Sequence record: PP885688.1
Strand: one strand, 5' to 3'
Length of the DNA stretch: 64,000 bases
Each line of letters opens with the position of its first letter. Position 1 is the first letter of the stretch. Below the pieces are notes generated by a model. That model worked only from the letters and a program-made list of their open reading frames with translations. It was not told the DNA's origin and searched no databases. Of the stretch, positions 18,378 to 27,917 are shown piece after piece. The position numbers were made by a program, and so were the translations under genes.

Positions 18378-19408
18378 GCGATCGGCTGGAGAAGTCGGGA
18401 CTTGCGACCAAACGGGCGATCCTTCTGTGCCCACAGTGCCTTACCGTCTTTTGTCTGCTCAGTCGAGGGAATGATCTTCAGCTTGGTCTTGCGTTCCGCA
18501 AAGACGTACATCGCGGTTGCCAGACCCTGACGCTGGTGTGTGTCGGTGATGTCGAGGGACATGGGGTCGAGGCAGTCGCCGCGATCGGCGAAGGTGACGT
18601 AGCCGATGCTGGTGCCGTCGTAGTAAGCCTTTATCGTAACCATCGGTGTGCCGATGTACGACTTGCCCTTCTCGAAGGTGAGGGTGAAGTCTTTGTACTT
18701 ACCGGCGGGGGAGACGACTACTGGACCGGCGGCGGCCTTCGCCTGTGCATCGAGCTTCTTGGCCATCAGCCACTCGTTCTGGAGCTCTTCCACCTTGACG
18801 AAGCCCAGACTCTCATACCAGCGCAGCAGGTTGAAGCCCTTCTTCTGCTTACGATCTGTGTCGGTTATGAGGAGAGCCGCGACGGCATTGGCGGTGCGAG
18901 CCTGCGCAAGAAAGTCGTTGATGAGTTTGGTGCCTATGCCCTTGCCAGGTGTGTTTGCTTCGATGAAGCCTAGAACTGCTACCTTGTGACCGCGCGTGTA
19001 GGCGAGGCTCTCCGGCAGCCCATCGACCTCGTACTGGCCAAGTTCGTGCATCAGCTCGTCGTCGGTCTCGGTGATCACACCGTGGAACCATCCGTCGGCA
19101 TTCTGTGCTGTGTCATGGATTTTCTGTGCAGCGGTCTTCGGCTCGATCTTCTTGAAGGACTCCTGCGTCCAGAACACCTTCCAACGATTCAGGAAGCGCT
19201 CGGTCTCAGCGCAGTGGCTCTCACCAGGCTTCTCGATGCGCGAGATCACAGCCTCGGCGATGGGCTTGCGGTCGAGGTTGAAGATGATGGGATCGCCGAC
19301 CTTCGCGCGTACCGGCCAGACGAATGCCCAGAACTCTTCGGTGTTCGGTGGCGGCTCTTGCCAGAAGTGACCGTTATCAATTTCAGATTGCGGGACTGTG
19401 ATCTTCAA
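18374..19408 (-). CDS. multi-domain protein with two GNAT acetyltransferase-like domains
   Basis: PGKGIGTKLI..WYESLGF and HQRQGLATAMY..QTKDGKALW; TTG start inferred; ends SRLLQPIA. Confidence 0.7.
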   Translation of the reverse strand: MKITVPQSEIDNGHFWQEPPPNTEEFWAFVWPVRAKVGDPIIFNLDRKPIAEAVISRIEKPGESHCAETERFLNRWKVFWTQESFKKIEPKTAAQKIHDTAQNADGWFHGVITETDDELMHELGQYEVDGLPESLAYTRGHKVAVLGFIEANTPGKGIGTKLINDFLAQARTANAVAALLITDTDRKQKKGFNLLRWYESLGFVKVEELQNEWLMAKKLDAQAKAAAGPVVVSPAGKYKDFTLTFEKGKSYIGTPMVTIKAYYDGTSIGYVTFADRGDCLDPMSLDITDTHQRQGLATAMYVFAERKTKLKIIPSTEQTKDGKALWAQKDRPFGRKSRLLQPIA

Positions 19409-20243
19409 CGCGGGACCTTCGCTCGATAGGTTTGGTGCCGAGCAGTTTGTTGACGCTCGGGTCACCTAAGAGAGAAGTCGTGAAGTTCACTGGTACCGAT
19501 CCGGAATCGTTCTTCATCTGCTCAATAGCGTCGCCGAACCTGCGCCACTTCTCCATCTCGTCGTTGAGCACCTGGCGGGGCTCGTCGAACCAGAAGACAC
19601 CGGCCCAGACGAACAGGGTTAGGATGTACACCGGCTTGAGACCGTTCTGGACTGTGACCCACCAGTCCTGTTCATGGACCAGGAGCGCCATCTCAGCGAT
19701 CAGCTTGCCGGAGAAGTAGATGACCATTCCAAAGGTGACGGCTTGTGAGTACATACGCAAGCGGATCCCTTCGAACATGGTCATGATGGCGAAGCAGAGT
19801 GCGAGGAAGCCAGCGAGGAAGGACGTGCAGAGGCTGATCTTCACCGCGACCGTAACCACTGGGTCGCCGGTGCCGTGGAGCGTTGACACGACGTACAGGC
19901 AGACGAGTGCGGTGAGTGCGGTGGCGTAGACGAGGGGCCGGACCTTACGGCGCTGGTCCTCTCGCAGATGTTTCGCGGTGATGCGGGCGAGTTCGAACAT
20001 CACACCGAAACGGATGATCGCCTCTAGCACCTCACCGGTCCAGTAGGCGAAGAAGTATGCTTCTTTCGCTCCGGACCGGTGAATGATAAACAGGGCTGCG
20101 GTCTGCACGAGCTCGTACACGAGCAGCCCGGTGAACCACGGTAGTGCTAGGTAGCGTTTGCGATAGATCAGGACTGCGGTCAGAGAAACAAGCCCGACCA
20201 CACCCAAGATCCAGCACCACGCGTCCCAATTAGTCAGCGACAT
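19383..20243 (-). CDS. 7-transmembrane membrane protein (receptor-like)
   Basis: Seven hydrophobic segments; start MSLTNWDAW with AAAGGA RBS. Confidence 0.75.
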   Translation of the reverse strand: MSLTNWDAWCWILGVVGLVSLTAVLIYRKRYLALPWFTGLLVYELVQTAALFIIHRSGAKEAYFFAYWTGEVLEAIIRFGVMFELARITAKHLREDQRRKVRPLVYATALTALVCLYVVSTLHGTGDPVVTVAVKISLCTSFLAGFLALCFAIMTMFEGIRLRMYSQAVTFGMVIYFSGKLIAEMALLVHEQDWWVTVQNGLKPVYILTLFVWAGVFWFDEPRQVLNDEMEKWRRFGDAIEQMKNDSGSVPVNFTTSLLGDPSVNKLLGTKPIERRSRVEDHSPAI

Positions 20244-20274
20244 GGTTTCCTTTATGACAACAAGTGGAACAGTG

Positions 20275-20586
20275 TTACCAACGGCGTCCAGGAACGGGCT
20301 CAATGATGCCATCTGGATTTGGGGTCCAGTGGTGTTTCGTGCTCGTCGGCGTAGTTGGGGTAGTGGGAGCCGGTGTCGATGTCGGATCGGTAGGATCGAC
20401 AGGGACAGCCGTAGGATCGTCCGGATCGTCGTCCGGGTCATCCAGGGAATCAAGGCAGGAGGGATCAGTTGGATCACAGACCGTTGTCGGGTCCGAAGGG
20501 GTGGTTGGTATTGCTTGTTGAGCTCGTGCAGCGTGGGACAGGGACATCAATAAAGCGAGAGCAACCAGAGCCAGGTACTTCTTCAT
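20275..20586 (-). CDS. secreted Pro/Thr/Asp-rich peptide precursor
   Basis: Signal peptide MKKYLALVALALLMSLSHAARA, low-complexity spacer, terminal GIIEPVPGRRW. Confidence 0.75.
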   Translation of the reverse strand: MKKYLALVALALLMSLSHAARAQQAIPTTPSDPTTVCDPTDPSCLDSLDDPDDDPDDPTAVPVDPTDPTSTPAPTTPTTPTSTKHHWTPNPDGIIEPVPGRRW

Positions 20587-20707
20587 GCGATTCAGGGGTT
20601 CCTTCTATGCGTTTCGACTCAGCCTTAGAACTACTGGGAAGATTGTTCCAGCATAGCGTAAAAATTTCCCACTGTGTGCATAGCTTTGCAGATAGTTTTC
20701 AACAGGC

Positions 20708-23269
20708 CTACGACGCGCGACTCTTCCAGAACGCCTTGCCCGCTTCCGTCTGCGTCTTCGCTGGCTGCAGCTTGATGCCGGTCTGCTGTTCGTAGGTGCG
20801 ATAGAGACCGGTGGCGATTCCACGACGCCGGTAGTTCTCATCGACGTACAGATTCTCTCCCTTGAAGTACTCGTCGTCGAAGGTTGCGCCGTAAGTCTTG
20901 TAGCACTCAACGCGGCCTACTACGTTCGTTGGTTCGAAGCCATCTGGTAGGTCCCTTGCATCGATGCCGAAGACGGACTTGAGGTAGCGTGCCTCGTCCG
21001 GCATGTTCGCAGCCTTGTCGAGGGCGAGCACGACGGCGGTCTCGTCAACGTTGACGATGTAGAAGGTGATGCCTGGTGCGGTGCCAGCTGCGGTCTTTCC
21101 TAAGCCAGCCGCAACCTCACGCGACAATTCGATTAGCTTGTTCAGCTTCACGCCCTTCGCGTTGCGGGCTGAGACCGAGACAGGAAGGTATCCTCTGCCT
21201 GTCTGTAGCGCGGCGGCATACCGATGGTGGCCATCGATCAGCGTTACTACGGGTTGCGTGTCGTCGTTCTTTCGACCGAAGCGGAATGCCGTCACATCGA
21301 CAGGTTCGGAGTAGTCCATGTTGTGAGCTACGTCGTCGCTGACAATCTGAACCTCTGGCCGGAAGTCCATCTCCTGCCGTTCAATCGCCGACAGTGGCAG
21401 GTAGTGGATCGCTGGGATAGGTCCGTTGTACTTCTCCTCCGGCTTGTACTTCTGCCCATCATCTGCCGTAGCTGCCGCCGAGCGCGACAAACTCGTCACG
21501 GTCGGGACATACTCGGTCGTCAACAGCTTGAGACGGTTGGGAGCAATCCTCTGCTTGCATACGTACCAGGGCGTACCCCAATCTTCGTCGCGGAACTGAT
21601 ACCCGCCCTCGTCCGGCTGAATATCCAAGCCCTTGACGTTCACTTCCCAGTGATCGAAGTGCTCGGGCTCTGCCGCCTCACCGCTATTAGGATTTGTAGC
21701 GAGGTACACGCCCTTGCGACTGTACTTCGCAGGGTTGAGTCCGTTCTTCAAGATCTCGTCGCGGTAGTAAGGACTAATGCTGTGGTAGAGGATGTCGGGG
21801 TGAGAAACCGCAGCCGTCTTGCGAAGCGTGTTGACTTCGTCCTGGGGATCGAAGCGACGGATGACGCCGGGCCCGCCAAGCACGATGATCTCGTCGTTCT
21901 CACGGTGAACTGATCGCACACGCACAACCGGGGCAGGGAACGCGAGCAGATCGCCAGCCTTCAGATCCTCAGCCTTCATCCAGCTACCAGTCTTGGCGCT
22001 GGCGGCCTTCTGCTGTTGGTGTACCGGGATCTCTTCGCATATAGAGAGGACATCTTTCCCCTCAACGTTCGCCGCGTCTTCTTTCTTGAAGCGCCAGGCC
22101 GTCGTTGGATAGATGGCACCGAGGTGGGCGAGGTGAGCGCCGTGGTCAAGCATCCACTTCACGACTGCGGGCGATAGGAGCTTCTGGACCTTCTTACCGA
22201 CTGCAGCTTGTCCGTCGATGAAGTGATCCATGATTTTCTGGCGCTGCTTATCCGTCATGACGCGCGACGCGGCCCAGCGAAGTTCATTGCGAACCGTCTC
22301 CGGTGTGCCTGGCTGGTTGATCGGGGAGCTCATCGCCCACTGGATCGCCCGATTGAGGGAGTCAGCCTCTCCAGCCCAGCGCAGAGGTGACTTCTCCTTC
22401 GTAATCTCGCGGTGACGCTTCTCCGCCTTATCCATGCTGAGTAGGTGGCTGATGAATTCACCGATCGAATCTTCATCCGGAACTGCATCCCCGGTGAGGT
22501 CGGCTCCACGCATCTCGAAGATGTAACCGTAGGGTTCGGAACCCTGAACGAACTTCTTGGTCTCCTCGCCGTGGTTGAACATGGATCCGCCGAGCGCGTA
22601 TACGGCGGCGTAGGCAACGTCGTGGCTGACGTAGACCCGGCCCTGAGCTGGTGCCAGCTGAGCGCGGCTCTTGGCTTTGGCGGGCATAGATATTTCGCGA
22701 GGCTGGATGCCAGAGGTGAGGATGGCTTGGGCGGCGGCTTCGGTGGGAGTGCCGTGGAAGTAGGGCCGGTCTGCGGCCTCCGCGTGAAGGGGAGCTGCGG
22801 TCTTGGACAGATTCTGTAGCGCCGCCGGTATGCCTTGACCAGCGGGAAGGCGGGAGAAGCTGGTGCCGTTACCTACACGCTTCTCCCAGGTCTGCGGGTC
22901 TCCATATAGCTTCGTGATGAGTGCGGTATCTGAGAGTGGGATCCGGCCCGGGGTTCCCATGTAGTCGGCTGCCCAGGGATCCACGATGAAGTTGTCGATG
23001 ATCGCGAAGTCGTGGCCACCCTCACCGGCTCCGTCTGCGAGTTCTGCGGTCGGGTTGTCCTTCTTCTGGTAGCCGAAGATCTCGCCGTGGCCGATCTGCT
23101 TGATGACGTTCTCCGCCGCCATGGTGCAGTTTCCCCACGGGTTGCCGGTCTCCTCGATCGCGCCGGTCTCGAAGGCGTCGTCAACATCCTTCATCATCTG
23201 GGCCAGGATCGCGTCGATCTGGTCGGGGAGAGAGCTGGCGCGGCGGGTTAGGAGCTTTGAACGGGACAT
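20708..23269 (-). CDS. polyvalent protein: transglutaminase-like + two ART-like + ParB-like + GNAT domains
   Basis: GNC..H..VDP triad; YFHGT..VYVS..PDEDS; LYHS..GVYLA; LIDGHHRYAAA; NYRRRGIATGLY. Confidence 0.7.
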   Translation of the reverse strand: MSRSKLLTRRASSLPDQIDAILAQMMKDVDDAFETGAIEETGNPWGNCTMAAENVIKQIGHGEIFGYQKKDNPTAELADGAGEGGHDFAIIDNFIVDPWAADYMGTPGRIPLSDTALITKLYGDPQTWEKRVGNGTSFSRLPAGQGIPAALQNLSKTAAPLHAEAADRPYFHGTPTEAAAQAILTSGIQPREISMPAKAKSRAQLAPAQGRVYVSHDVAYAAVYALGGSMFNHGEETKKFVQGSEPYGYIFEMRGADLTGDAVPDEDSIGEFISHLLSMDKAEKRHREITKEKSPLRWAGEADSLNRAIQWAMSSPINQPGTPETVRNELRWAASRVMTDKQRQKIMDHFIDGQAAVGKKVQKLLSPAVVKWMLDHGAHLAHLGAIYPTTAWRFKKEDAANVEGKDVLSICEEIPVHQQQKAASAKTGSWMKAEDLKAGDLLAFPAPVVRVRSVHRENDEIIVLGGPGVIRRFDPQDEVNTLRKTAAVSHPDILYHSISPYYRDEILKNGLNPAKYSRKGVYLATNPNSGEAAEPEHFDHWEVNVKGLDIQPDEGGYQFRDEDWGTPWYVCKQRIAPNRLKLLTTEYVPTVTSLSRSAAATADDGQKYKPEEKYNGPIPAIHYLPLSAIERQEMDFRPEVQIVSDDVAHNMDYSEPVDVTAFRFGRKNDDTQPVVTLIDGHHRYAAALQTGRGYLPVSVSARNAKGVKLNKLIELSREVAAGLGKTAAGTAPGITFYIVNVDETAVVLALDKAANMPDEARYLKSVFGIDARDLPDGFEPTNVVGRVECYKTYGATFDDEYFKGENLYVDENYRRRGIATGLYRTYEQQTGIKLQPAKTQTEAGKAFWKSRAS

Positions 23270-23404
23270 CTGCAGGGACCTCTACTTTGCAAATACAAAG
23301 TCGAGGCCCGGTTACCCGTTTATGTGACAAAGAAAGTTTCGACTACCGGACTGAGGGTGAGGGCGAAAGCCCACAGTGCAGTCAAGTCAAGTCGGAGAAT
23401 ATCC

Positions 23405-24355
23405 ATGAGCAAGAGCAGCAAGAAAGACACCCCTGTGTCCGCGAACTTTGTCGCGGTCGCCAGCCCAACACTCAAGACAGCCCCCGCAGTACCGCCGAAC
23501 CCCTCCGCACCACAAGCCTTCTCCACGGTCCACACCTGCGAGTCCCTACCGAACACCATCACCGTCGGTGACAGCACCCTCCAGAACGCCAACCTCCCCA
23601 TCGGCAACTGCTACATCCCCTCACAGACAGCGCCGGATCTCAGCGACTGGAACCGCACCATGCCCAACCAAGGCCTGCCCTATCCACTTCTCGAGCCAAC
23701 CTTCACCTACACCCTCCAGCAGCCGCAGTACTGGGGTGTCCGCCGCCGGACCGACATCCAGCAACAACCACACGGTTATTGGGTTGTTCGTCCGCAGGAT
23801 ATGGTGCACGTCCACAACACTGAGAGCATCGTCGCGCGGTGTGAGACCGAGAATGATGCCATGTACCTCTGCCAGCTCCTCACCAAGGCGGACAAGGAGA
23901 CGAGTAATCCGCAGTGGGGCGTTCAACGCTCACCAAAGACGTCGGACGCTAAGTTTGGTGTGAACTTCCGGAAGCGCAGCCCTGACTCTCTTCGGACACA
24001 TGGAGATGACGGGGTCGTAGCCTGGTGTAAGAACGAAGACTGCGCGGAATCCCTCGTAATGGTGTTGAACGAATCGATGGAGCGCGAAGCTGTGGCCGCG
24101 ACTAAGACGGACGTCAAGCGCCAGGTACAGATGGTGACCTACGAGTACGTCCAGCGGATCACCAAGGACCTCGCCGGTCGCGTCCTGACAGTGCTTGATG
24201 CGTCTTACGTCAACGAGCAGCAGAACAAGGCTGTGAAGTCGCTCACGAAACGTGAATTCCGTGAAACCCTATCGAAGCTCTGGACCTACTGTCACCGTGC
24301 GGACGGAAGTGACGAGAGTGAAGAGGCTGGAGCACCGGATAACATCCTCGACTAA
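23405..24355 (+). CDS. hypothetical protein with internal tandem duplication
   Basis: Start MSKSSKK with GGAG RBS; repeats WGV.R..VA.C..E..A..L. Confidence 0.7.
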   Translation: MSKSSKKDTPVSANFVAVASPTLKTAPAVPPNPSAPQAFSTVHTCESLPNTITVGDSTLQNANLPIGNCYIPSQTAPDLSDWNRTMPNQGLPYPLLEPTFTYTLQQPQYWGVRRRTDIQQQPHGYWVVRPQDMVHVHNTESIVARCETENDAMYLCQLLTKADKETSNPQWGVQRSPKTSDAKFGVNFRKRSPDSLRTHGDDGVVAWCKNEDCAESLVMVLNESMEREAVAATKTDVKRQVQMVTYEYVQRITKDLAGRVLTVLDASYVNEQQNKAVKSLTKREFRETLSKLWTYCHRADGSDESEEAGAPDNILD

Positions 24356-24356
24356 G

Positions 24357-24383
24357 AAAAAGGGGCCGCTCGCCAGCGGCCCC
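24357..24383 (-). terminator. terminator between converging genes
   Basis: GGGGCCGCT-CGCC-AGCGGCCCC with T tract on minus strand. Confidence 0.75.
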
Positions 24384-24388
24384 GCTAC

Positions 24389-26284
24389 TTATCCGATGCC
24401 CAGCTCGGTAAGGAACCGTGACTGGTCGACCGGGGACATGTACTGACCCTTCATAACCCGTTCAGGAACGCAGATAACGCAGGTGTCGCGTGCCCGCGTG
24501 ACCGCCACATACCAGAGGCGTCGCTCTTCATCGCACTCCGTCTCGCTTCCGACGCTGCGCCAGTGGGGAAGATGCGTTTCGACGACGTTGAAGACGAACA
24601 CCACCGGCCATTCGAGTCCTTTTGCCGAGTGGATGGTCGAGATCGTGACGCTTCCGTTCTCATCGTTTGGATCGACCTTCTCCATGGTGAGCTGGAACAC
24701 GAGATCTTCGGTTGAGAGCTCAGAGTCCGCAGCCAGACCTTCGATCATCATCTTCAGACGACCAAGGTTCTCGATCTTCGTCTCGATTTTGTCCTTATCC
24801 TTCGCGTACTTTTTCTTGAGATAGTCGATATAGCCGGATGTGCTCACTGCGTACTGCAGCGCCATTACAGGATCAGCCACCTTGGACTGGATCGCCTTGA
24901 TGGTGTTGGCGTAGGACGCGAGCTTGGTGCCAGATGCAGCGCAGGCCTCCAGCAAATCGCCCTTGAAGGCGTTGTTGGCGAGCTTGCGGATGTTCTCCAG
25001 CGCCGTGTCGCCGACGCCTCGCTTAGGGGCAGCAATCGATCGTGCGAGGGCACTGAAGTCCCGCGTGTTGGTGGCGAACCGGATATAGGCGAGGACGTCA
25101 CGCACCTCTTCGGTCTGCAGCAGGCCGCGTCCACCACGAATGACGTACGGGATGCGAGCGCGGACCAGCTCGCCTTCGATATCGCGGATCTGAAGTGACG
25201 AACGCACGAGGATAGCGAAGTCCTTGTAGGGCTTCTTGCTCTCGCCCATCTGGTACGTGATGCGTTGAGAGATGTCGCGTGGGGTGTCGGCACGAATCAG
25301 CTTCGTCTTGCCGTTCTCTCCCTGCATACCGCGATAGGACTCCATCGACAACGGCAGTGCCTGGGTCATCTTGTCCTGAATCGCGTTGGCGAGGTTCACG
25401 ATCTCAGGTACCGAGCGGTGATTACGGGTGAGCCGGTAGAGTGTCGGTGGGATCCCGCGCCAGCTCTCCACGAAGTCGATGATCAGCTGAGGACTGGAGC
25501 CGTTGAACGAGTAGATGGACTGCGAGATGTCGCCGCAGCAGAAGAGGTTCCTGTTGTTTGGGCCGAGCAGATTGTTCACGAACTCCCAGGAGACGACCGA
25601 GGTGTCCTGGCACTCATCCATGAGGACGTGATCGAAGAGTTGCTGTACCTTGGCGATCCACGCGGGGTCATTGATAGCCCGGCGGTTGACGAGGTGAAGC
25701 ATGTCGTCGAAGTCGATCGAGGAGGTTGCGATCTTCTCCTTCTCGAAGAGGACCCACACCTTCAACTCATCGGATTCAAGGGCATGGGAGCCCGCGTGTT
25801 CGATCAGAGCCTTCTTGTGAATGGCGTCGGTGTAGTCGACGCGGAAGCCAACGCCACGCGCACGATGGAAGGAGATCTTCTCGCGCACGTTCATGAAGTT
25901 GAGGTCGAGTTCTTCGCGCAGGATGATCTTTTTGATCAACTCGTTCTGGTCGTAGTCATCGAGCGGGGAGACCTTCTCCGCGAGACCGAAGCCGACAGGG
26001 TTACGGCGGATCATCGACAGCGCCAGCGAGTGGATCGTGGTGAGGCGGGGAGCCAGCAACTCTTCGAGGCCGGTTGCTTTCAGCACGCGCTCACGGATCT
26101 CTCCGGCGGCTTTGTTGGTAAAGGTCAGTGCGAGGATGCGGCGGGAAGGGACACCCTGTTCAATGAGCCAGGAGATGCGGCGGGTGAGTGTGGTGGTCTT
26201 ACCTGATCCAGCGCCTGCGAGTAAGAGAGCAGCTTCGCCCTGAGGATGGGTTGCTGCTTTGAGTTGTTCTTCATTTAGTGCCAT
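24389..26284 (-). CDS. uvrD: UvrD/PcrA/Rep SF1 helicase
   Basis: AGAGSGKTTTL, LTFTNKAA, MDECQD, GDISQSIY, NHRS, STIHSAKGLEW, EERRLWYVAVTRA. Confidence 0.95.
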   Translation of the reverse strand: MALNEEQLKAATHPQGEAALLLAGAGSGKTTTLTRRISWLIEQGVPSRRILALTFTNKAAGEIRERVLKATGLEELLAPRLTTIHSLALSMIRRNPVGFGLAEKVSPLDDYDQNELIKKIILREELDLNFMNVREKISFHRARGVGFRVDYTDAIHKKALIEHAGSHALESDELKVWVLFEKEKIATSSIDFDDMLHLVNRRAINDPAWIAKVQQLFDHVLMDECQDTSVVSWEFVNNLLGPNNRNLFCCGDISQSIYSFNGSSPQLIIDFVESWRGIPPTLYRLTRNHRSVPEIVNLANAIQDKMTQALPLSMESYRGMQGENGKTKLIRADTPRDISQRITYQMGESKKPYKDFAILVRSSLQIRDIEGELVRARIPYVIRGGRGLLQTEEVRDVLAYIRFATNTRDFSALARSIAAPKRGVGDTALENIRKLANNAFKGDLLEACAASGTKLASYANTIKAIQSKVADPVMALQYAVSTSGYIDYLKKKYAKDKDKIETKIENLGRLKMMIEGLAADSELSTEDLVFQLTMEKVDPNDENGSVTISTIHSAKGLEWPVVFVFNVVETHLPHWRSVGSETECDEERRLWYVAVTRARDTCVICVPERVMKGQYMSPVDQSRFLTELGIG

Positions 26285-26352
26285 GTCGGGTAATACTCGC
26301 CATGAGGCCCCGGCACCCGATATCTTTTTGAGATATTTGGTGCCGGTTTCAT

Positions 26353-26757
26353 TTACTCCGACTTGAGGTCTTCGAACACCTTGAGTCCACCATGCAGGAT
26401 GGGGAACTTCGAGGACGAGACACCAGCGAGGCGTTCTAGATCGCCGGGCTCACCGTGGACCTGTAGTGCCGTTACGAGCAGGGACGCGGCCTTGAGGAAG
26501 CGGATGCGGATCGCACCCAGATCGGGTGTGTAGTTGGCGTAAGCGAGTTTGGCCTCATCGATGTACTTCTCGGCGAAGAGGAGGAAGTCGAACATGCCGA
26601 ATGGCTGGCCAGTGGAGCGGCAGACCATGTGGTCAGGGAAGCCGGGGTGGATGGCTACTTTATCTTCGCCCCATCCCTTCGCATATTCATTCTCTTTGGT
26701 GAGCATCTCGTAGACCTGTTCGCGGTCGAGTGCCTGCTGCGTCTCTGCTGTGTACAT
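26353..26757 (-). CDS. hypothetical protein
   Basis: Start MYTAETQQ, AGGAG RBS. Confidence 0.6.
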   Translation of the reverse strand: MYTAETQQALDREQVYEMLTKENEYAKGWGEDKVAIHPGFPDHMVCRSTGQPFGMFDFLLFAEKYIDEAKLAYANYTPDLGAIRIRFLKAASLLVTALQVHGEPGDLERLAGVSSSKFPILHGGLKVFEDLKSE

Positions 26758-26767
26758 GGTTCTCCTG

Positions 26768-27469
26768 TTAGACCGAGTCGATGAACTTCTCGAACGCGGT
26801 TGGCGGTAGCTGGTGCGTGATGAACTTGAAGTGGATCTCGTTGCCGAAGTCGACGTCACCGTGTGGGCAGAGGTGCGTGTGCTTCTCGTACTGGAAGGCG
26901 ACCTTGCGAAACTTTACCGGGAAGAAATGGGCTAGCCAGATCGGGAAGCAGTCCAACTTGAAGTGTTGCCACCAGGTCGCGGGGACGGTGATGTGTTCGG
27001 TGTGATAGTGCGTGTGAGCGTCGCGTAGCAGGTACGTCCGCAGCTTCACGAGCAACGAGTTGACGTGATAGTCGATGTCGGCCTGGACGCGCATGTTCTT
27101 GAGCAGCGAGTACGGAATCATGTGCTGAACGCCGAGCTCTTCCTTGATCAGCCGGGCTGCATGGACCTCCAGCTTGTCGAGCCCTGGGCGAGTGGGTACG
27201 GCCTCGGACACAGGCTTCTCTTCCGGGTAGGGGATACCTGGAACCGTCATCCTGACGAAGCCACTGTCCAGCCTTTGGTTGACGAGCTCGTCGAACTGAT
27301 AGAGTGCGTGGCCGTGTGACACTGGTCGCGGGGTCAAGTACTTCTCTTGGGGATCGGTACCGCGCAAGCCCTCTGTGTAGCAGGTCCTGTAGCCATCACC
27401 CACCTTGCGAATCTTGGCTGTGAACTCAACCTCATCGCGAATCAGTTTTGCCATTGCTGCAATTGCCAT
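26768..27469 (-). CDS. hypothetical protein
   Basis: Start MAIAAMAK, AAGGAG RBS. Confidence 0.6.
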   Translation of the reverse strand: MAIAAMAKLIRDEVEFTAKIRKVGDGYRTCYTEGLRGTDPQEKYLTPRPVSHGHALYQFDELVNQRLDSGFVRMTVPGIPYPEEKPVSEAVPTRPGLDKLEVHAARLIKEELGVQHMIPYSLLKNMRVQADIDYHVNSLLVKLRTYLLRDAHTHYHTEHITVPATWWQHFKLDCFPIWLAHFFPVKFRKVAFQYEKHTHLCPHGDVDFGNEIHFKFITHQLPPTAFEKFIDSV

Positions 27470-27485
27470 GGTGTTGCTCCTTTTC

Positions 27486-27878
27486 TTACCGCTGACCAAC
27501 CTCACGCAGGTACTCGCGGGTGAGCTCGACCGACAGCTCCCGGCGCTTCATGCTGCTGGGTAACTCAATGACGGGCTTATTGAGGACGATGAACCAGTCG
27601 ATCTCTTTGGCGACACCGGCGGGAATTGCACCGTCGGGGAGAGCGCGAAACGCAATGGCGTCGCACTCGATCGAGAACTGCTCGAAGAAGGCCATGCGTT
27701 CATCTGAGGTGGGAAGTTTGTTGCACTCGGCGCAGATCGCCGGATCGCTGGGGTTGACAACCTCGAAGCCGAGGTTCTGAAGCGTCTCGATGTCCCGCGC
27801 TTCCTGCTTGGTGCCGTACAGGCCCATGTTATGGGCGTAGTAGATCTTTTTTGTTGTACCCACTGTCCGAATGTCCAT
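27486..27878 (-). CDS. nucleoside 2-deoxyribosyltransferase-like protein
   Basis: KIYYAH..GFEVVNP..CDAIAF..GVAKEI pattern; class B core 5 nt before ATG. Confidence 0.55.
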   Translation of the reverse strand: MDIRTVGTTKKIYYAHNMGLYGTKQEARDIETLQNLGFEVVNPSDPAICAECNKLPTSDERMAFFEQFSIECDAIAFRALPDGAIPAGVAKEIDWFIVLNKPVIELPSSMKRRELSVELTREYLREVGQR

Positions 27879-27917
27879 GACTTCTAATACCCAGACAGTG
27901 GGCGCAACGGTGATTAT

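Noticed and set aside
20340-20480. Repetitive DNA in the secreted peptide gene as a CRISPR or tandem array
   Set aside because: Codon-level repeats of PTD/PTT/DPD with no fixed repeat-spacer structure
23288-23310. Degenerate class B promoter for the 853-aa polyvalent gene
   Set aside because: CCTC and a GTATTTG core are present, but two core mismatches and no TAATC at 20 nt; not counted
9437-26206. Long antisense ORFs such as 9437..10504, 10471..11205, 11515..12282, 25265..26206
   Set aside because: Fully overlap well-supported minus-strand genes and show no independent signals
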